A stretch of 64,000 nt of DNA from Candidatus Saliniplasma halalkaliphilum (GTDB lineage: Archaea; Thermoplasmatota; Thermoplasmata; Halarchaeoplasmatales; Halarchaeoplasmataceae). The DNA is taken from contig JAFDTG010000001.1 in assembly GCA_019594235.1 (NCBI GenBank), forward strand, positions 5,722 to 69,721. Reading direction: 5' to 3'. Position 1 is the first letter of the stretch. Each line of letters begins with the position of its first letter. This document shows positions 58,499 through 64,000 of this stretch, in pieces. The notes under the pieces are model-generated. The model did not search any database. It was given only the letters and a program-made list of their open reading frames with translations, and had not been told where the DNA came from. Position numbers and translations under genes: made by a program.

Positions 58499-59293
58499 AT
58501 GGGAGAATTAATATTCATCGGTTTAGGGCTGTACGACGAAAAGGACATCAGTGTCAAGGGTAAAGAGATCGTTAAAGATGCCGATATAGTGTATTCAGAA
58601 TTCTACACTAGTCATCTTGTCGGTACCGATTTCGATAAAATCCAGGATGAGATGGATGTCGAAATACAAGTTTTGGATCGTGAAGGGGTGGAACAGGAAG
58701 CGTTACCGATTCAGGAAGCTCAGGAAAAAATCGTGATATTTTTGACGGCTGGGGACCCGATGGCAGCAACAACCCACGTGGATCTTAGATTAAGAGCTGA
58801 AGAGAAAGGTGTGCGTACTAAAGTTGTTCATTCCTCGTCTATCTTTTCTGCAGCCCCGTCTATATTAGGTGTTCAACATTACAAATTCGGAAAGACGATC
58901 ACACTACCGTTTTTTGAAGGCAAAGAGAGTTACCCAGAAAGTCCGTATGATGGTATTAGAGATAATAAAGAACTAGGTTTACACTCTCTGATATTGTTGG
59001 ATATCAATGGAGAAGAGAAAAAATTCATGACGGTAAATGAAGGTGTGAAAGCTTTGATGCACATGGAGGAAGAGCAATCTAATAGAGTGATAACTGAAGA
59101 TACTGTGGTCGCCGGTCTAGCAAGAGTAGGTTCATCGGAACCCGAATTGAGAGCAGGGTATCCAGAAGATATATTGAATCACGATTTTGGAGGAGGTTTA
59201 CAGTGTATGGTGGTCTTTGGGGGATTACATTTCATGGAAATTGAATCTCTGATAGCTTTTGCCGATGCGCCAGAATCGATAGGGGAAGAGTAA
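58499..59293 (+). CDS. dph5: diphthine synthase
   Basis: FIGLGLYD, EFYTS, GDPMAATTH, YKFGK, HSLILLD. Confidence 0.96.
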   Translation: MGELIFIGLGLYDEKDISVKGKEIVKDADIVYSEFYTSHLVGTDFDKIQDEMDVEIQVLDREGVEQEALPIQEAQEKIVIFLTAGDPMAATTHVDLRLRAEEKGVRTKVVHSSSIFSAAPSILGVQHYKFGKTITLPFFEGKESYPESPYDGIRDNKELGLHSLILLDINGEEKKFMTVNEGVKALMHMEEEQSNRVITEDTVVAGLARVGSSEPELRAGYPEDILNHDFGGGLQCMVVFGGLHFMEIESLIAFADAPESIGEE

Positions 59294-59352
59294 AGTTAAG
59301 AGTTCTTAAAAATTAAGTAATATTTAAATATCGTATACATATGTGATTACTG

Positions 59353-59420
59353 TATGAACTGGGCAGTCTATGACTTCAAGATCATAATTAGCGAGTAAAG
59401 AACTCATCCGCCCAGTTATA
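59353..59420 (+). promoter_or_regulatory. structured 5' leader of ileS (three-way junction candidate)
   Basis: AACTGGGC/GCCCAGTT closing stem enclosing two hairpins; TTTAAATA box at 59323. Confidence 0.5.
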
Positions 59421-59450
59421 ATTTTGTTTTGTTTTTTTGGAGGATTTTTG

Positions 59451-62400
59451 ATGAGTGAAAATAACGAAAAATTCAAGTCGCTGGACAAGGACGCACCATT
59501 ACCTGAGAAGGAACAAGAGATCTTAGATTTTTGGAAGGAACATAAGATCGCTGAGAAAACTCGTGGAAGAGAAAGGGATAAGAAATTCGGTTTCACCGAA
59601 GGACCACCCACTGCCAACGGTATGCCCCATATGGGTCACGTTTTAACTCGAGTTGCAAAAGATGTTTACCTTCGTTATAAAACTATGGAAGGTTACCAGA
59701 TCGTTCCGAATATTGCTGGTTGGGATACCCATGGTTTACCTGTGGAGATAGAAGTCGAGAAAGAATTGGGTATCGATACAAAAGAGGATATTTTGGAATA
59801 TGGTTTGGAAAAATTCAATGAGCACTGTAAAGAGAGTGTATTCAAGTATCAAAAAGAATGGGAGGACATGAGTGAAAGGATAGGCTTCTGGATCAACTAT
59901 GAAGATGCCTACGTGACCATGAAGGACGATTACATAGAAAGCGTCTGGTGGAGCCTTAAACAGCACTGGAAAAATGGTCTGTTAGAGAGGGGACACATGG
60001 TCGTTCCGTATTGTCCTAGATGTGGTACTCCCCTTTCTAGTCACGAAGTTGCACAGGGTTATGAGAAAACCGAGGACCCTTCGATATATATTAGATTTAA
60101 ATTAAAAGATGATGACGCTTATCTATTGGCTTGGACTACTACTCCATGGACCTTGATATCCAATCTTTTACTGGTCGTGGGAAAAGACCTTGATTATGCA
60201 CTTGTTGAATATGATGGTGAGAAGTACTACATGGCTGAAAAACTTGTAGATGAGATATTTGACGATGCTGAAATCATAAAGACATTGAAGGGTGAAGAAC
60301 TGCTTGGGAAAGAATATCAGCCCATGTTTGATTACGTAGAGTCCGAAAGTAAAAGTCATTATGTTACTCACGCTGACTTCGTTAGTTTAGAGGATGGTAC
60401 GGGTATAGTACATATCGCACCTGCCTTCGGCGAAGACGATTTTGAACTTTGTAAAGAAGAAGAAGTTTCACTTGTTAATCCAGTGGATGAAAACGGTAAA
60501 TTTGTGGATAAAGTTACTGATTATGCTGGTAAGTTCGTTAAAGATGCCGATGAAGATATCATGAACGACCTAGAAGAGAGGGGCGACCTAATAAAAAGAA
60601 CCAATGTTACTCACACTTACCCATTCTGCTGGAGATGTGAATCACCGTTACTTTACTACTCTTTGGAAAGTTGGTTCATCCGCACATCACAAGAAAGACA
60701 AAAACTGATTGATAATAACGAAGAAGTAAGATGGAAACCAGAACATCTCAAACATGGAAGGTTCGGAAATTTCCTAGATGAGTTAAAGGATTGGTCTCTC
60801 AGTCGTAATCGTTTCTGGGGAACACCCCTTCCCATATGGATATGCGATGAGGATCACCAACACTGCGTTGGAAGTAAAGAAGAGTTAGAAGAGATGGCTA
60901 CTGAACCTCTAGAGGAAGATTTCGAGTTCCATAAACCCTGGGTTGACCGAGTAAAATTAAACTGCCCTGAATGTGAAGGTGATATGGAACGTGTTGATTA
61001 TGTTATCGACTGCTGGTACGACAGCGGTAGCGCACCATTTGCTCAATTCCATTACCCCTTTGAGAACGAAGATAGATTCGAAGAAGCCTTCCCCATAGAT
61101 TTCATAACTGAAGCTTTGGACCAAACTAGAGGATGGTTCTACAGTCTACTTTCTATAAGCTCACTTCTTTTTGACAAACCGGCGTATAAGAACTGTCTGA
61201 CCTTGGGTTTAGTACTGGATGAAGATGGAGAAAAGATGAGTAAAAGCAAAGGCAATGCTGTAGAGCCCATGGAAACTTTAGACAATTTAGGAGCCGATGC
61301 TACAAGGTTATATTTCTTGAGTTCACCGGTCTGGAAATCAACGAAATTCAGTGAAGAATTGGTATCTGAAAAAATAAGCAAAACCATGAATACATTGATG
61401 AACGTCGTTTCATTCTTTACCAGTAACGCCAATATAGATGATTTTGAACCGGGAGAGTACGAGGTCAACGACGAAATAGACCGGTGGTTGATATCCAAGA
61501 AGAACAGTTTGATAAACGAAGTTAAAACTGGATTAGATGAACTAGAAGTCCATAAATCCACGCGTTCGATCGAAAAATTCATAGATGAACTCAGTAACTG
61601 GTACCTGAGAAGAAGCAGAAGAAGGTTCTGGGAAGGGACAGAGGAAGAAAAAGCCAGCGCTTATAATACCCTGTATGAAACATTGGAAACGTTAACTCAA
61701 GTGATGGCACCGTTTACGCCTTTCCTAAGTGAAAGAATATATCAGTGTCTTTTCAGAGAACTAGAGGATGGTCCCGTTTCCTTACATCTACTAGATTATC
61801 CAGAGGCCGATGAAGACAAGATCAAACCCGAATTGGAAAAGGACATGAACGCAGTCATCAGGATAGCTGAGCTTGGTAGAAATGCTAGACAGCAGGAAAA
61901 TATCAAACTGAGGCTGCCTTTGGAAGAGGCTGTGTTGGTTTCCGAAGATGAGTCATACGAAGAGGCTGTAGCCCGATTCAAAGATATACTCATGGACGAA
62001 TTAAATGTAAAGAACCTGGATTTCAGTAAAGATGAAAGCAATTTTTCAGAAACCATGATCGAACCTAATTATTCATCATTAGGACCTAAATTTAAAGGAG
62101 ATGCAGAAAGGGTCGCAGATTTGATCAATGATTCGAATCCTGAATCGGTTAAAAAGGAACTAGCTGAGGACGGTAGTTTGATACTGGAAGATTTCGAGAT
62201 CGACGAAAACGATGTGGAGATCTATGAAGAGGTAAAAGAGGATTACTCCTCCAGTCAAAGAGAAGGAGTCAAAGTTTTCGTTAAGGTTGATATCAGTGAA
62301 GAACTAGAAACCGAAGGCCTGGCTAGAGATATCGTTAGAAGGATACAAACCATGAGAAAAGAACTCGAACTTGGCTATACTCAAAAGATACATACTGGGT

Positions 62401-62582
62401 TCACTGGTGATCCAAGGTTGGAGAGTGCTGTTGAAAATATGAAGGATTACATCAAAAATGAAACCCTATCTGAAACTCTTAAGAAGGGACCGGGAAATGG
62501 TTTAGAAAAAGATTGGTCTTTCGATGGGAAAGATATTACAATTTGGGTTGACCCGATCGGGAGTAGGGACGAAAACCACTAA
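59451..62582 (+). CDS. ileS: isoleucyl-tRNA synthetase
   Basis: GPPTANG.PHMGH, GWDTHGLP, WTTTPWT, KMSKS. Confidence 0.97.
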   Translation: MSENNEKFKSLDKDAPLPEKEQEILDFWKEHKIAEKTRGRERDKKFGFTEGPPTANGMPHMGHVLTRVAKDVYLRYKTMEGYQIVPNIAGWDTHGLPVEIEVEKELGIDTKEDILEYGLEKFNEHCKESVFKYQKEWEDMSERIGFWINYEDAYVTMKDDYIESVWWSLKQHWKNGLLERGHMVVPYCPRCGTPLSSHEVAQGYEKTEDPSIYIRFKLKDDDAYLLAWTTTPWTLISNLLLVVGKDLDYALVEYDGEKYYMAEKLVDEIFDDAEIIKTLKGEELLGKEYQPMFDYVESESKSHYVTHADFVSLEDGTGIVHIAPAFGEDDFELCKEEEVSLVNPVDENGKFVDKVTDYAGKFVKDADEDIMNDLEERGDLIKRTNVTHTYPFCWRCESPLLYYSLESWFIRTSQERQKLIDNNEEVRWKPEHLKHGRFGNFLDELKDWSLSRNRFWGTPLPIWICDEDHQHCVGSKEELEEMATEPLEEDFEFHKPWVDRVKLNCPECEGDMERVDYVIDCWYDSGSAPFAQFHYPFENEDRFEEAFPIDFITEALDQTRGWFYSLLSISSLLFDKPAYKNCLTLGLVLDEDGEKMSKSKGNAVEPMETLDNLGADATRLYFLSSPVWKSTKFSEELVSEKISKTMNTLMNVVSFFTSNANIDDFEPGEYEVNDEIDRWLISKKNSLINEVKTGLDELEVHKSTRSIEKFIDELSNWYLRRSRRRFWEGTEEEKASAYNTLYETLETLTQVMAPFTPFLSERIYQCLFRELEDGPVSLHLLDYPEADEDKIKPELEKDMNAVIRIAELGRNARQQENIKLRLPLEEAVLVSEDESYEEAVARFKDILMDELNVKNLDFSKDESNFSETMIEPNYSSLGPKFKGDAERVADLINDSNPESVKKELAEDGSLILEDFEIDENDVEIYEEVKEDYSSSQREGVKVFVKVDISEELETEGLARDIVRRIQTMRKELELGYTQKIHTGFTGDPRLESAVENMKDYIKNETLSETLKKGPGNGLEKDWSFDGKDITIWVDPIGSRDENH

Positions 62583-62592
62583 ATAATGGGAA

Positions 62593-63030
62593 TTGGATGG
62601 AGGTAGCGAACCAATGAAAGAAGAACAATATGAAATCAAGAAGAGGCACAGTTCATTCAGATTTCCAGAAGAGGTGGAATTCAAAGACCTGGCTCCGATC
62701 TTCCCTGAGCTATTTGATCTTTTCATGGACCTTGCTGATCAGTATCCAGAGGATAGCGGAGAAGAATACATCGAGATGTTGATCCGATTGAATCTGAAAG
62801 ATCTGCAGCAGAACCAGAAACCCATAGGCCACAACAGGGAAGCGAGATATAGACTGATATTCCCGATAGACAGGGATAGAGTTGAATTCTTTATATATCC
62901 CAGGATAGATGAAGATGAATCAGAGATAGACATGATCACCGATGAAGTAAGTAAATTCCTCGAAAAAGAAGGTTTTGAACACGAGATACTTTGGAACGAA
63001 ATGAGATTTTTAAAAGAAGAAAAGGACTAA
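62593..63030 (+). CDS. acidic hypothetical protein
   Basis: ORF with GGAGGT SD before ATG 62614; no motif recognised. Confidence 0.7.
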   Translation: MDGGSEPMKEEQYEIKKRHSSFRFPEEVEFKDLAPIFPELFDLFMDLADQYPEDSGEEYIEMLIRLNLKDLQQNQKPIGHNREARYRLIFPIDRDRVEFFIYPRIDEDESEIDMITDEVSKFLEKEGFEHEILWNEMRFLKEEKD

Positions 63031-63998
63031 AAACTTCCAAAAAACTTTTCACATTCTCTTTTTAGGTTATTTGTTGGCCTGTAACTGAACTGATCAGGCA
63101 TCTTATTTTTGTACCTATCGTAATTGAATCGTTTATCCATGAGTATGATAAGCCCTTTATCACTCTTGCTTCTAATACATCTTCCAGCAGCTTGCAGTAC
63201 TCTATTCAAAGCTGGATATATCCTTGTATAATCGTAACCTTTTCGTCTACCAAACTTTTCTTCATAATACTCCTGCAGCGCATCCAACTCTGTTGTTGGC
63301 GGTGGGAAAGGAATGCCGGCAATGATTACAGCTGATAGAATGTTGTCATTATAGTCAACTCCCTCTGATAGGCTTCCTCCCTGAACTCCTAACAGTAAGT
63401 TCCTTTCTGTGCGTTTTAGTTTATTGACTAAATTCTCTTTCTCCCTTTTTGAGTATCTCTTATCCTCGATGAGTAAATTCTTATTTAGATGTACGAGTTC
63501 AAGTCTATCTGCTACCTTCTCCATCAGATGATACGATGGAAAAAATGCAGCTATGTTACCATCTACATTGTTCACAACGTCCGATATGAAATTGGCATAG
63601 GCTTGAAACATCTGCAGATCACGTTCTTTGTAGGATGTTGTTAAGTTGTTTACACTTACAATCTTCCTGTTTTTCTTTGGGAAAGGTGAGCTGTATTCTT
63701 TGATTATGGGATCTTCGATACCTAAAAGGTCTGCATACATCTCCCCTGGATATAGCGTTCCACTCATAAGAACCGCTGACGAAATATCATTGAATATATC
63801 TTCAGTTAACATAGCAGGATCGAGTAAACCTACACGGAAAGTAGGCGGTGAAGGACAATATGCTCGATATATCTCCGTTCCTTCTTTGTCCCATTTAGCT
63901 AAAAATGAAAATAAACTCCACGGAGCTGTTGCTGCTGAATCTTTCTCTATCAGATTGCCTGCAGCTGTTTCAAGTTCTTTTAGAAAATCCTCGAACCG
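63027..63998 (-). CDS. XPD/Rad3/DinG-family helicase, C-terminal part (gene runs off the window)
   Basis: MSGTL, FFPSY, SEGVD, QAAGRCIR, DKRF; frame open to the window edge. Confidence 0.92.
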   Translation of the reverse strand, partial: RFEDFLKELETAAGNLIEKDSAATAPWSLFSFLAKWDKEGTEIYRAYCPSPPTFRVGLLDPAMLTEDIFNDISSAVLMSGTLYPGEMYADLLGIEDPIIKEYSSPFPKKNRKIVSVNNLTTSYKERDLQMFQAYANFISDVVNNVDGNIAAFFPSYHLMEKVADRLELVHLNKNLLIEDKRYSKREKENLVNKLKRTERNLLLGVQGGSLSEGVDYNDNILSAVIIAGIPFPPPTTELDALQEYYEEKFGRRKGYDYTRIYPALNRVLQAAGRCIRSKSDKGLIILMDKRFNYDRYKNKMPDQFSYRPTNNLKRECEKFFGSF

Positions 63999-64000
63999 GG

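Noticed and set aside
63027..63812. Helicase as a truncated gene or pseudogene
   Set aside because: The reading frame stays open to the window edge, so it is only cut by the window

Overview
Archaeal chromosomal segment (TFB, eS19/eL39/eL31, aIF6, PAN, proteasome beta, aCPSF1, Dph5, archaeal lipid enzymes, intron-containing tRNA). The gene repertoire (CoaD-YjjX-like fusion, MutS/MutL) and acidic proteins suggest a halophilic Thermoplasmatota member; this is inference. It is mostly housekeeping DNA, and I found no transposase, integrase or CRISPR array. Highlights: (1) a tusA-dsrE-iscS*-iscU/DUF59-nitrilase operon whose IscS has lost the PLP Schiff-base lysine and several other PLP contacts but keeps the catalytic Cys; (2) a three-hairpin H/ACA guide RNA at 42491-42702, one pocket of which matches 23S rRNA helix 69; (3) a structured 5' leader on ileS; (4) an MbhA-H-type Mrp cluster with one MrpD-type subunit and no hydrogenase; (5) a ModE-HTH/Nudix fusion; (6) tRNA-Val 3'-end duplications with hairpins; (7) three small ORFs missing from the ORF track, including rpl39e. 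All functional calls come from motif recognition by eye, without database searches.
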